Assembly: GCF_036321535.1 (NCBI RefSeq)
Contig: NC_087437.1
Coordinates: 53,508,001-53,572,000 of the forward strand
Direction of reading: 5' to 3'
DNA from: Camelus dromedarius
Lineage: Eukaryota
DNA length: 64,000 bases
In this document: one piece after another, positions 11,134 to 22,535 of the stretch
Layout of the letters: the number at the start of each line of letters is the position of its first letter
Numbering within the stretch: the stretch's first letter is position 1
Program-made: the position numbers and the translations under genes
Notes under the pieces: generated by a model
What the model was told of the DNA's origin: nothing
The model's database searches: none
What the model saw: the letters and a program-made list of their open reading frames with translations, nothing else

Positions 11134-12099
11134 TTTTTTTTTTTTTCCTATAAAAATATTTATTTAGTCCCTACTCTGTGCTGTTAGTGGGTTAGGCTTT
11201 GCCTCCCAGTGCTTGTAGTTTAATGGGGGAAATGGGTGAGCAAATTGGGAACTACAGTACAATGCAAGAAGTGCCATGCTAGAGGTAAGAGAGGGCGCTG
11301 GGGAGCGGAGATAAGGAATAGCACCCTGGAGTGGGGGAAGGAGGACCCGGAGGACTTCCTAAAAGACGACAGCCCATCATGTTCTGAAGGCTGTGTAAGG
11401 ATCAGGCAGGTGAGGAGGTGCAGCTAAGAGTGGCCCAGGCAGAGGGTCAGTGGATATTCTCGTGGGATAATGTGTCTCTGCTGATGAAGGCTGTGTGTGT
11501 ATATGCATGTGCATTGTGTGCGTATGTGTGTAAGGTGAATACGTGTGTGTGAGCGAATATGTGTGCACATGTGTAATATACCAAATGGCCTTACATGCGA
11601 CCCAGGAGAGGAAGAAAAGAATGGGAGAGAAAGGAGGAGGAACAGGCATAGAAAATGAAGCAAAGGGAAGTAGAGAAGAAAGAGGAAGGAGCCGGAGAGC
11701 GGGAAGTTGGTTAGAGTTGAATGGGATCATCTGAGTCATCATTCTTGGAAAATTCAAGGGTGAATTCCTGACAAGCGGACTCTTGGAGCTTTCCCTGTGC
11801 GTAGTACTAAGCTCAGATATGAAGAAATTGGAGGAGTCCTGTCTCACCATCGCCGACGGTGGAGGAAGGATTACACACAAAGAATTATGCTAAATATTAC
11901 AAATTTCAGGGCAGAGAGAGCTCAAGGTGGGCTGAAAGAGCCAGGAAAGTCTTCCTGGAAGAGGTGAGTATTGAGAGAGCAGGTCTCAGAGGTGGACCCT
12001 GCAGAGCTGGCCGGAGTCCTGCTTGGGTCTGTCTAGGTGAGCTGGGTGGGATCCGCTCTTTCAAGGCTGATGGTGCAGATCTGAATTCCAGGGCCCAGG

Positions 12100-12310
12100 A
12101 TGCTGTTGCTGGGAGCTGTTCTACTACTGCTGGCCCTGCCTGGTCACGGCCTGGAAACCACTGAAGGGCCCGGAGTCCCGCACCCCCTGCCCAAGGGGGC
12201 CTGCGCAGGTTGGATGGTGGGCATCCCGGGGCATCCTGGCCACAATGGGATCCCTGGCCGAGATGGCAGAGATGGCGCCCATGGTGAGAAGGGCGAGAAA
12301 GGAGATCCAG
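12100..12310 (+). CDS. ADIPOQ: Adiponectin coding exon 2 (exon starts 12092): signal peptide, variable region with Cys35, start of the collagen domain
   Basis: [17 protein letters not shown]...[27 protein letters not shown]; ttccag|GGCCCAGG-ATG; CCAG|gtaaga donor, phase 1. Confidence 0.99.
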
Positions 12311-12457
12311 GTAAGAGTAGAGTCTTGGGCCTCCTCCATCACAGACTTCTCCTGAGTGGAGGAGGGGGAGGGCTCCTAGAACAGCACGAGGGCAGCAGTG
12401 ATTGACAGTCCTACGCTCGGGGAAGAAGCGAGCTTTTTGATGTGGCCTGACGTGGAG

Positions 12458-12893
12458 TAAAAAAATACACATAGAATGTGTTTTGTTTAGAGTCAGGTTC
12501 TTGGGACTAACTACGTTTCAGACTCCACAGAGGGCCTGTGATCTGGGATCCTAGGACCCACTTCCCTCTGTGCTTTCTCTCAAGTCCCTGGTGAGAAAGG
12601 GATGGGGAGACCAAGAGTCTGGCAATCAGACGTGGGGGGCTAAGGTCACCTGATAACAGGGGCAGAGATGGGTGGGGACCAGAGCCCTTATGCACGTGAA
12701 GGACTGTCTTCCAGGAGTAGGGTATGGAGAGCTGGTTCTGAGACAGGGAGCCCCTTGGCCCCCTGTGCCCCTTGAGCTTTTTGCTGGAGCTCCCAGAATA
12801 CACTTTCTAAACATACTTCACCTTCCCCCTCCTCTTTCTCTCCTCCTTTCTCCTTTCTTTCCTCCTTCCTTCTTCTCTCTGGCTCTCTTGCTC
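12458..12893 (+). repeat. Direct-repeat copy B (ADIPOQ intron 2) of 10680-11133
   Basis: See copy A; it makes up ~70% of the 618-bp intron 2. Confidence 0.97.
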
Positions 12894-12928
12894 TCTCTTT
12901 CTCTCTTTTTTTCCTTCCTGTTCTCTAG

Positions 12929-13449
12929 GTCTTGCTGGTCTTAAGGGTGACACTGGTGAAACTGGAGTGACTGGGATTGAAGGTCCCCGAGGCTTTCCAG
13001 GAATCCCAGGCAGAAAAGGAGAACCTGGAGAAAGTGCCTATGTATACCGCTCAGCATTCAGTGTAGGACTAGAGACCCGGAGCACCGTCCCCAACGTTCC
13101 CATTCGCTTTACCAAGATCTTCTACAATCAGCAAAACCACTATGACAGCACCACTGGCAAATTCCACTGCAACATTCCCGGGCTGTACTACTTCTCCTAC
13201 CACATCACAGTCTACCTGCAGGACGTGAAGGTCAGCCTCTACAAGAGGGACAAGGCCGTGCTCTTCACCTATGACAAGTACCAGGACAAGAACGTGGACC
13301 AGGCCTCTGGCTCTGTGCTTCTCCATCTGGAGAAGGGTGAAGAGGTCTGGCTCCAAGTGTACGGGGATGGAGAGAATAACGGGGTCTATGCAGACAATAT
13401 CAACGACTCCACCTTCACCGGCTTCCTTCTCTACCACGACACCGAGTGA
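12929..13449 (+). CDS. ADIPOQ: Adiponectin coding exon 3: rest of the 22 Gly-X-Y triplets plus the C1q globular domain (243 aa total)
   Basis: ctctag|GT CTT GCT...; AYVYRSAFSVGL, PIRFTKIFYNQQNHYD, GLYYFSYHITVY, STFTGFLLYHD then TGA. 211+521=732 nt, in frame. Confidence 0.99.
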
Positions 13450-15205
13450 GCACCACTAACTCATAATCTCCACCATGCCAAACGGCCCTAAGTCAAAGGA
13501 GAGCCCACAGGTCTTCAATTCATTAGGAGACTGATTTTGTTATCTAGTTGGAGGGCTCTGATCATCTTGCATTCATTCATTCATTCATTTATTTATCAAG
13601 TACCTTTATTAAAAAATCATACACTGTGTTCCCAGGACAGTCCTGAAGAAGGCACGTCCCTTGGCCTCAAGGAGCTATTATGAAGTGGTCATAGAGGGAT
13701 AAAAACATTTACTGGGGAGTTTCACATACATGACAAGAAAGTAGCTGACAGTGCTATTCTGTGCCCACTGTTTTCCCTCATGTTCATGCCAGTCCTGTGA
13801 AGTGCACAGGAAAGATACTATTCACCTCTTGAGGATGAGAGAGTTAAGTGAATGCCTAAGGTCACACAGGCATTAAGTGGCAGAGTTAGAACTCAGACCC
13901 AGGGCCATGGACTTTTTCCAGTATACTGTGCCCTTTTTAACGAGTATATGGCTTTTTAGGGGATGTTGGTAGGGGTCTCCCACCCAGCTCACCCAGGGGC
14001 CTTTGAATTAGGCTTCACCATGCATTAACCCTTTCCCCGGCAGAGCTTCCTCAGGGAAGGTGCCTCTTTGACTAGGTCCCAGTCCAGGTGGACTATGCAG
14101 TGGCCCCTGCACTACCCTGAACTTCCTCTTCTCTGTCTTTCCTCATGCTCTTCTGTCTGGCCCTGAACGTCAGCCCCATCTCCACATGCTAAAATCTTCC
14201 CTGTTCCTCAAGACCACCTGGTCAAGAAGCTTCTCTAATGTGATGTCTCTTTTCTGCAAGCCTTCCTCACACTCTGTGCCCCTCCACGTGTTACCTGGAT
14301 GAGAGTCCTGGGTCTGGGAGACATCCACCCCCAGGCCAGGGCCAACTGTCCAGAAAGAACGGTGCTTGCTTCATCCCGAGTCCCCTGGCAGGTCCTTGAT
14401 AAATGCCAGAGACCAGACTCTCGAACCTGACATCTACCCAGAATTTACTTCATTTCAGTCTCTCCATATAACCAATCCTTCTCTACAAAAACATTTTCAT
14501 TTTAGGAACTTCTTGATTTTAAACACCCAGTCTTTGTTCCACTGGATAACTTGAATCTTTGCCACTGAGGTTAGGAGTGACTGTGCTTTCCAGAACACTT
14601 AGAGAATTTTCCCTCAAGGAAGTAGCTTGAGCTTGCAACACAAAACCCATGAAGGAATTTGGAAACTGTTTTTACTTTGAGTACCAGCAGGGTCTGGGAA
14701 GACTTGGGCCTCTTAAATCTACTCTTATTCTTTTAAGTACAAAAAAAAAAAAAAAGAGAGAGAGAAGAAAGAAAAAAGAAAATGATAACCGTTTGAGGTG
14801 ATGGATATGTTAATTAACTTGATTATGGTGATTATTTCACAATGTATATCATATTAAATCATCAAATTGTACACCTTAAATATATACATTTTTAATTGTC
14901 AAATAGTCCTCAAAAAAAGAAGCTGGTTGATGGTGGTAAACATCCCCTCAGGAGACAACAGCTTGAATGATGCTTTTCAAATTTTTTTGCAAAAGCAGCA
15001 AATAGTGTTCTGTATAAGTATGGAAATGAAAAACCTAGTTTTTTGCTTACAGTTTTAAAGTCTGAATGATTTCCTTTTATATATGTATTGCTGTTCATTA
15101 GGGATTACTATTTCTACATATAAGCTTTGTCTTTTAAAATGCTTGCATGTCATTATTTTCTATAAGTAAAGATACTCTCCAGCATTAAAAGTAGAAGCAT
15201 TTGTA
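13450..15205 (+). other. ADIPOQ: Probable ADIPOQ 3'UTR; poly(A) signal candidates ATTAAA 13608-13613, AGTAAA 15165-15170 and ATTAAA 15184-15189
   Basis: Hexamers are read directly and a U/GU-rich tract follows 15200. The end point is inferred. Confidence 0.55.
14780..14925 (+). mobile_element. L1M 3' end within the ADIPOQ 3'UTR
   Basis: gaggtgatggatatgttaattaacttgattatggtgattatttcacaatgtatat...tgtacaccttaaatatataca is a classic L1MA/MB terminus. Confidence 0.85.
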
Positions 15206-15716
15206 TCATGCGGCTTTTGTTTTCATTTTTGCAGAAAGACATGGGGTTTAGAAAGGGTTGACAGAGTAAGCCTTGTGGTAATCAAGAATCTATTTTGTGA
15301 ATGACAAAGAACCCAACTCAAATAAACTTGAGCAAAAACAAAACAAAACAAAACAAACAAAAAACCGTGTCCTCTTGCATAATGGAAAAATATCTCACAC
15401 CACACCAGCTGGCCAAAAGGATATCCTCTTTCCTGGTTGTTCCCCAGGAGAAGAGAGGAAGCTCTGTCTTCCAGAAGCCCCACCAACTGTGTCCTTGCAT
15501 CCCACTGGCTCCGGCTGAGTTGTGCACTCGTCTCTGACCAATCACTGGACTTAGGATGGAATATACTTATTGACTTAATTGATTATGGCTCAAGCTAGAG
15601 AAGTGATATTTTCCTTAAAGCAAAATCTGGACACAGCAGAGTGGGAGAATGGATGGTGAATGCAAAAACAACAACTTCCACAACAAACTCTTAATGTTAT
15701 GTTTGAATTTTCTCAG

Positions 15717-15958
15717 GTTTCTCAAAGAGATACCACTGGAAAATTACTATTGATTTTTTCTAAAACTTCCACAAGTAGCCATGCTCACAGTCCCACATCT
15801 GCTGAGGGTGGGATCCTCACAGCACTGGACACGGTGTCACACACACTCGAATCTCTCTGGACCAGGGTTTGCTCTTTGTGGAAACACAGAGCGCCAATCT
15901 ACATAAATCCCCCTGAGACAAATTGTGATAAAGGTTTTAGGATTAATGTTCACATGAT
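15717..15958 (+). pseudogene. Fossil SAM-domain-encoding exon, 5' part; interrupted by L1
   Basis: ttttctcag|G TTT CTC AAA gives FLKEIPLENYY*FFLKLPQVAMLTVPHLLRVG, then with small frameshifts I.TA.GH...TLESLWTR. This is the SAM pattern (L..I.L..Y...F...V..LT..DL.R.G.T..GH...I..SL). Confidence 0.65.
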
Positions 15959-18785
15959 GTCTTCAAGTATAATCATGGAGTCGTCTATTTCTCTTTGATT
16001 CTGTCAACTTTTGCTTCATTTTTGGAGCTCTCTTGTTAGATACATACACACTTAGTATTATGTCTTCTTGGTGAATTTACCCTTTTATCATTATATAACG
16101 TCTTTCTTCTTCTCTGGCAATTTTCCCTATTATGAAGTCTACTTTGTCTGAAATTATTATTATAGGCACTCTACCTTTCTTTTGATCACTGTTTACATAG
16201 TGTATCTTTTTCCATCAGGTAACTTTAACTCTGTATTATTCTATTTAAAATGTGTATTCTTACAGACTGTGTGTGGTGGGATCTTTTTATTTTATGCAGT
16301 CTGAAAATGTCTCTCTTTTATTGCTGTTTAGACAATTTAAATTTAACAAAATTTCAATGGTTAAATTTAAGGCTACCATTCTGTTTGTTTTCTATATGCC
16401 CCCTCTGCTGTATTGTCTTTCTTGACTTCTTTTGGATCATCGAATATTTACTTACTGGCTCTTTGGCATGTATGTCTTTGTGATACTTTTTAGTAGTTAC
16501 TCTAGGGATGACAGCATATATACCTAATTTTTCGCAGTATACTTGGAAGCACTATTTTACCACTTCAAGTAAAATATAGACACTTATAACCATACAGAGT
16601 CCTTTATCCTACTCCCTTTATATTATAGTCATTTTATATGTTACATCTGTATGCAATGAAATATTACAATGTTGTATTTTTTCAAAATTATTCATATTTT
16701 AAAAATCATACGTATTTTAAAGAATTTAAGAGGACAAAAATACTCTATTTATCCAGATATGTGTATTCATTATTTCTTTTGTTTTTTCTTCATTCCTTAA
16801 GTTCTATGTTTCCCTCTGGTATAATTTCCCCCCATCCTAAAGAATTTTCTTAGGCATTTCTTTTAGAGCAATTCTGCTGGTGGTGAATTCTCTTAGTTTT
16901 CTTTCATTTGAGAATGTCTTTATTTTGCCTACATTCCTGAAGGGTATTTTTGCTGTATATGGAATTCTGAGTTGGCAGTTTTTTTCCTTACAACACTTTA
17001 TTTATTTACTTACTTATTTTTCTCCCAGCACCTTAAAGATGTCTCAGTGTCTTCTGAGCGCCATGGTTTCTGACGCGATACCTACAGTCATAGCTTTCCT
17101 TGTGTGTAATTTATCCGTTTTTCTTCTGGGTGCTTTCAAGATATTTTCTTTACCTTTGATTTTCAACAGTTTAATTATGATGTGTCTGGGTGTGGTTTTC
17201 TTTGCACTTAACCTGTTTAGGATTCATTGAGCTTCTTAAATCTATAAACATATCTGTCACCAAATTTGGAAAGTTTTCTGCCATTATTTCTTCAAATATA
17301 TTTTGTTTTTCTCTTTTCTTTCAGAGATTCCAATAACGTGAATGTTACATTGGCAAACCTCTAGGGTTGTGCTTTCAACCTTTTCCTCTCTGTTCTTCTT
17401 GTATAATTTCTATTGATTTATCTTCAAGTTCTCTTTCCTGTGTCATCTCCGTTCTACAATTAAGCCTATCTGATGAATTGTTAATTTCAGATATGTGTCT
17501 TCCAGTTAAAATTTTTTCATTTAGCTTTGTTTTTTTTTAAATTCTCTTTCTCTGATGAGAACTTTTATCATTCCATTTATTTCAAGAATGTTCATGTTTC
17601 CATTTGAGGTCATACTGGGGTTGGCATCTGGTGACTATCTTTTCTCTTGAATATTAGTCAGATTTTCCTGGTTCTTTATGCATTGAGTAATTTTGGATAG
17701 TATCCAGAATATTTTGGATATTATGGAATTCCAAGTTCTGTTAAAATCCTTTAGGGGATGTTGGATTTTTGCTTACTTGTGTTAGCACATGACTGATTGG
17801 CCTAGGTTCAGAGACCAAGCTGTGTCTCACCTTCTAAGGGTGGTGATTCCAATGCTAATTCGGGTCTCAAGCCTTTGCTGTGCTATTTGTATCTATCTGT
17901 CACAGGCACCACTCAAAGTTTAGTCTGAGACTTTAGTCATTTAGTTTTTGAAGGCTTTGCTATGCTTCTTTGGGTCTGTACTGTATGTCTATTCTGGGGG
18001 TTGAGTCTGGGACTTATGTGGGATCCCAAACAGAATTAGAAGATGTCCTTTTCCAGCTCCTTCCTCTCTAGCATGTCCCTGTATTCTCCAGCCCCCAGGG
18101 ACCCTCCTTTTCCTGGTTCTTATTGGCAAGAAGCTAAGGTTTCCTCTGAGTTTTAGTTTCTTGGACTATTGTGTTGTCCTGTGTGACTGAGGCTGTCTTT
18201 TGGGTTAAAGCAGCAAGAGAAAAGAAAGAAAGTAGCAAGAATTATCCCACACTATTTGAACAGCTTGGTCCATTTCACTGGTTTCTTGGCCAGAGAGAGA
18301 CTATGATTTTAGGGGGCAAATTTTAGCTCATGTTGCCACTGCTGCTGTGGCAATGCAGCCCAGTGGTTGGGGCTGATCTCAGGGCAGAGCTAGGAGAGAA
18401 AAGAGAAATGTGAATGTGAAAAAAAGTGGGATTTCTCTTCTACTCTGTGTCATGCAGGAGTTGCTTTCCCTGGTCTTCTGGTTAGTAAGAGGTGATTTCC
18501 CCTGGAGTTTTTCCAACAGTGTCTAATACACAATTCCAGGACTTGGCCTGCCTTCAGGTCAAATCCATGAGACAAAGAGAAAAAAAACCAAAATCATGTA
18601 AAGCTCACTCAGGCTATGAGTTGTTATTCAAGTTTTGACTTTAGTCTTTAATCTGCCTGCTATTATTTACTTTTTAGGCTGTTCAGGTATTTGTTTTTGC
18701 ATTTTGTCTAGAGTTTTTGGTTGTCATCTGTGGGAAAGGTAGACTACAGTTGGCTTACTCTGCCTTGGCTAATACCAGACATCCC
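15959..18785 (-). mobile_element. Old L1M element (5'UTR, ORF1, start of ORF2), antisense
   Basis: Antisense endonuclease-region words (tcttcttggtgaatttacccttttatcattat), ORF1-region words (gaatgtctttattttgcctacattcctgaagggtatttttgctg) and an L1M 5' end. Possible degraded TSD tgttcacatgat/tgtcccatgat. Confidence 0.8.
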
Positions 18786-18976
18786 TGTCCCATGATACTT
18801 CTGAAGAAGAAAAAAGGGAAGGGACTGAGACATAGCAGGAGCCCCAAGAAGGCATATAAATTACCCTGAAGTTAATGGAAATCAAAGAAAATAAGCCCAA
18901 TCTTGAGACAGACCACTGTTGAACAAAGAAATTGGTGGGTATCAAGAACTCCTTGATCAAGGGAGTCTGGGACCAA
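18786..18976 (+). pseudogene. Probable 3' part of the L1-interrupted fossil exon (...PLLNKEIGGYQELLDQGSLGP)
   Basis: Unique sequence resuming after the L1; CCA A|gtaaat donor in phase 1, matching the next exon. Confidence 0.4.
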
Positions 18977-20495
18977 GTAAATTCTTGATTATAACCCTAG
19001 TCTCTGATTTTTCCTGTGCCTGGAGTGACTGATGAGAATACATCAGTTGCTGTGCAGAGAATAAAGCAGTCGGCATGACTCCACCACAGGCATCAAAGCA
19101 GAAATATTTACCTTCAAATTCAGAAATTTTACTCATACAGTGCTTTGCTTAGGAATGTTTGGAAATATACTGGTGTTTAGTAAGATTTGGAAAGAATTAG
19201 ATTTCTTTCTTTTGATCTTTTTAGTGTTCACTCAGGTATTTTACAGCAAGTAAACATGATTTTGAATGAAATTCACTATGTAAAGACCACATTTCCCCCC
19301 TAAATAAGTGAAGCAATGAAAGTGCAGAGACCACTTCACTTTATTAGTTATACGTGTTTCACAAGATCAGTGTAAGTGGAATTCCAGGGCTAGGATTAAG
19401 ATTTATGTGCAGCTCAGTTTGTGGTTAGACTTAGGGCCGTAAACAGGTTAAGGGTCAGTCTGTGACTGGGTGAAGCAGACAACTTCTGGCTGCTCTTCCA
19501 TTTCTCCATTCGTTGCGGGCCACCCCTTCAGGCAGCCCTGTGGTCCAATCTGATCCCTTTCTCCTAGAAGCCATTGAATGGATCCAGGCGGGTGCTTGAT
19601 CCAAGCTGGGCCATCCAGAGTTCCTCCAGGAATATGAATTGGGATGGAAGCAAAATATGTAGCTTTGAGTTTCAGGGGTGGCCACCTACTGCCCTGTAGT
19701 CTAGAGATAGAGGAAGCCCAATTGTGGAGAAAAAAAGAAGATTAGAGAGAAACAAAACTGTAAGTCTGAGAGAGAGAGAAATCTGTTTCTCAGAAGCTTT
19801 CCACTTTTTGGTTCCAGTCCTTCTTGGCATTCAGTTGCCCACGGGTCATATGAAACACCAGTTCCCAGATTTTTGTACAATTTTCTCTTTTAACTTAAGC
19901 TGGCTTGAGTTGATTTCTACTATTCGTATCCAAAGGGAACAAGAAGTCAGAAATTAGTCTACAACTGTGCCCAGGTACCAGACTGAGTTCTTGTTAGGAA
20001 GAATACTTATTAATAAGATAACAGAATTAAGTCATTATACCCCATGAAATCAAACCTAGGATTCAAGTTTCATTTATATTTATTTTATTGACACTTAATT
20101 TCTTAGCTTGGAAATCTCTTATGGGCAGAAACTTCCTATTCCATCTTTGGATTAGTTCTAGAGATCATTCATTCATTCAGTAAATTTTTATTGAGTATAT
20201 ATTATGTGCCAGACACAATACTTTTTAAAAATCATGATAATAATAATAATTATCATTTTGAAGTACCTGCTTGAAATACATTATTTCATTTAATCCTTAT
20301 AACACCCTGTAAGTTAAATAGCATAGACCCAATTTCAGATAAGAAGAATACTGGTGCTTACAGAAATGAAGTTATGATCCAAAGCTACAACTAGTACATT
20401 GTAGAGCAAAGATTCATCCTCAGAGCTGCCTGACTCTACAGCTCATGCTTGTAGAAAAAATGAACCCCAACTCCCTGGCCCTTTATTCTTTCTAG

Positions 20496-20772
20496 TTTCA
20501 AGACATTTGAAGAATAATGTATTAATACAACCTGTAGCCCTAATGGCAGCAATCCTGTGAATAACAGTAGTGGAAAAACTTACGTTTGAAAAACTGAGTC
20601 ATTGAATTTGCTATATGACAGAAAGTCTGGTTGTTAAAAGGAAATATGATAAAACGTCTCACTCATCACTCATGTGGACAAGTTTGGAGGACTGCACTGA
20701 GGTTCTTTGTAAGTGTGATGCAAGGAAAAATAAAGATCTTACAAAATAGCTTGTTTATGCCAGCTGAAATAG
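20496..20772 (+). pseudogene. Fossil exon (SRHLKNNVLIQPVALMAAIL*ITVVEKLTFEKLSH*ICYMTESLVVKRKYDKTSHSSLMWTSLEDCTEVLCK...)
   Basis: ctttattctttctag| ... AG|gttgag; phase 1/2. YDKTSH resembles recalled GREB1 'YESTLH'. Confidence 0.6.
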
Positions 20773-21040
20773 GTTGAGTCAATGTTCAACCATTTGCTAT
20801 TAAAAATACTTTATGGATTAGAAATAGAATGCAATTTCCTTAACATAATAAAGTATAACACATTCAAAACAACATCCAGCATTACAGTAAAGAGTAGAAC
20901 ATAAAAATGCATCCTCATCAAAATTGGGTACAAAACAAGTCTGACTGCTTTCATTAATCTTACTTAACAATGTCCTGGATGTTCTGTTGCTTTACCTCTT
21001 ATCTTTGAGATGCGCCTTATTTTATTCATGTTCTTATCAG

Positions 21041-21091
21041 TCTTCCACAGAAGAGGCACTTGCAGGAAGTATTTTTAAAAATGTTTGCTTG
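21041..21091 (+). pseudogene. Fossil exon (SLPQKRHLQEVFLKMFAW)
   Basis: ttcttatcag| ... TG|gtgtat; phase 2/2; no stop. Confidence 0.45.
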
Positions 21092-21995
21092 GTGTATATC
21101 TTTTTTCCTCCCAGACTGTGTTCTTGGCTCTTCTTTGGCATGTTGTGTTTCTCTTTTTCTTTCCTGTGGTCTACCCGACTGATTCTAACTTGCTTGTATT
21201 GAATGTGAGCAGGTCTTTCAAGATCTTCAGTTCTCACTAAGACAGTGAGAATGAATTCTCCATTATTTCCATCCCTGACACTTACAGGTCTCACCTCCAA
21301 GCAACAGGATGGAGCTAAAGTCATGTTTTCTATTCACTCTTCTGAGATGGAGGGCAGAAAGAGTAGGAGCAGACCTCCCCGGGGGCTGTGTGGCCTTCGT
21401 TGAGTAACCTGAGTTTTTACTCTCTTTTCTGAAATGATGTTAACTGTCTCGTACCAGGAATTAATCCACCTTGTTGGCCATACATCCTGTTCTATGGTGG
21501 GATACCTCCGGATTCCTCACACAACCCTGGGGCTCTTCCTGTTTCTACTGAGACCTTGAAGATGGGGCCCATACTCAGAGGAGTGTTTCCTTGGGCTGCT
21601 TGCTTACTTCTTGAGTCTGTTTAACCGCAGGTTGGGGAGTATTAGTGAGCGATCTCAGGAATCTGTCCAATCCACTTCTTTCCTGGGTTTGGTCATGGTG
21701 GGCAGGAGGGGGCAATGGGATTAGAAGCTGTGCCTTGCTCTGTCAGAATCTTTTGTCTCCTTCCTCAACAGCCACACTTTGAAGTTTATAACTTGTTGTT
21801 ACACTCCTTTTCTTATTCTGTTGCTGCTGGTGAATTTTCAGAGGTATTAGCTTTTCCTGCTTGTGTGATGATCATCTAAAAGAGCAAACAAGCGAGACAA
21901 TACAAGAACAAATTAAAAAAAAATAGTAAGTTATTGGTGGGATTGACAGCTAGCATTACCAGATGATGAAACATATTATAAAATTATAGTAATTA

Positions 21996-22128
21996 GGGGG
22001 AGGGTATAGCTCAGCCGTAGAGTGCGTGCCTAGCATGCACAGGGTCCTGGGTTCAATCCCCAGTACCTCCATTCAATAAATAAATAAATAAACCTAATTA
22101 CCACCCCCCCAAAGAAAAATAGATTTAA
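21996..22128 (+). mobile_element. tRNA-derived camelid SINE (Vic-1 type)
   Basis: ggggagggtatagctcag..gggttcaatccccagtacctcc..aaacctaattacc (A and B boxes); TSD aaaattat(a/g)gtaatta at 21980-21995 and 22129-22144. Confidence 0.9.
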
Positions 22129-22355
22129 AAAATTATGGTAATTAAAACAGAGTGTTCCTGGCATAAGAACAGGCAGATTAAAAAGTTTAATAAGTGATAA
22201 AAGAAGCTTTATGCATTTCAATTATTTAGAGCAAAGGTGAGACCAGAGAAGATGGCTGAAAAAGACGTCTACTTCCATGATTCTTATAGCTCTCTAAACC
22301 AGAGCTAAATTTATTTTTTGCTTTTCTGATGGATATTTATCAAACCCCTCTGTAG

Positions 22356-22535
22356 GTCTGTGATTATCTTGTTTGTGTCACATGCCCACCTTGGTCTAAT
22401 GGACATATACTCTCCTTTGTTCTTAACAATGGAAGGATCAGAGAAAATCTGTGCTTGGAATTAGTTCCACCTGAATCACTTTTGATACATGATCCACAGG
22501 AAAGATTGCTTCCAATATGTGAAGAAAGACGGATG
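22356..22535 (+). pseudogene. Fossil exon (SVIILFVSHAHLGLMDIYSPLFLTMEGSEKICAWN*FHLNHF*YMIHRKDCFQYVKKDGW)
   Basis: ctctgtag| ... TG|gttaga; phase 2/2. HLGLMDIY resembles GREB1 'EHGLFNLY'. Confidence 0.6.

Noticed and set aside
11906..13437. Long minus-strand ORFs (188 aa at 11906-12472, 122 aa at 13069-13437)
   Set aside because: Antisense shadows of the GC-rich ADIPOQ exons; no independent coding features.
21996..22070. tRNA-like sequences (also at 45493, 47545, 50520, 53610)
   Set aside because: SINE heads with A-rich tails and TSDs, not tRNA genes.
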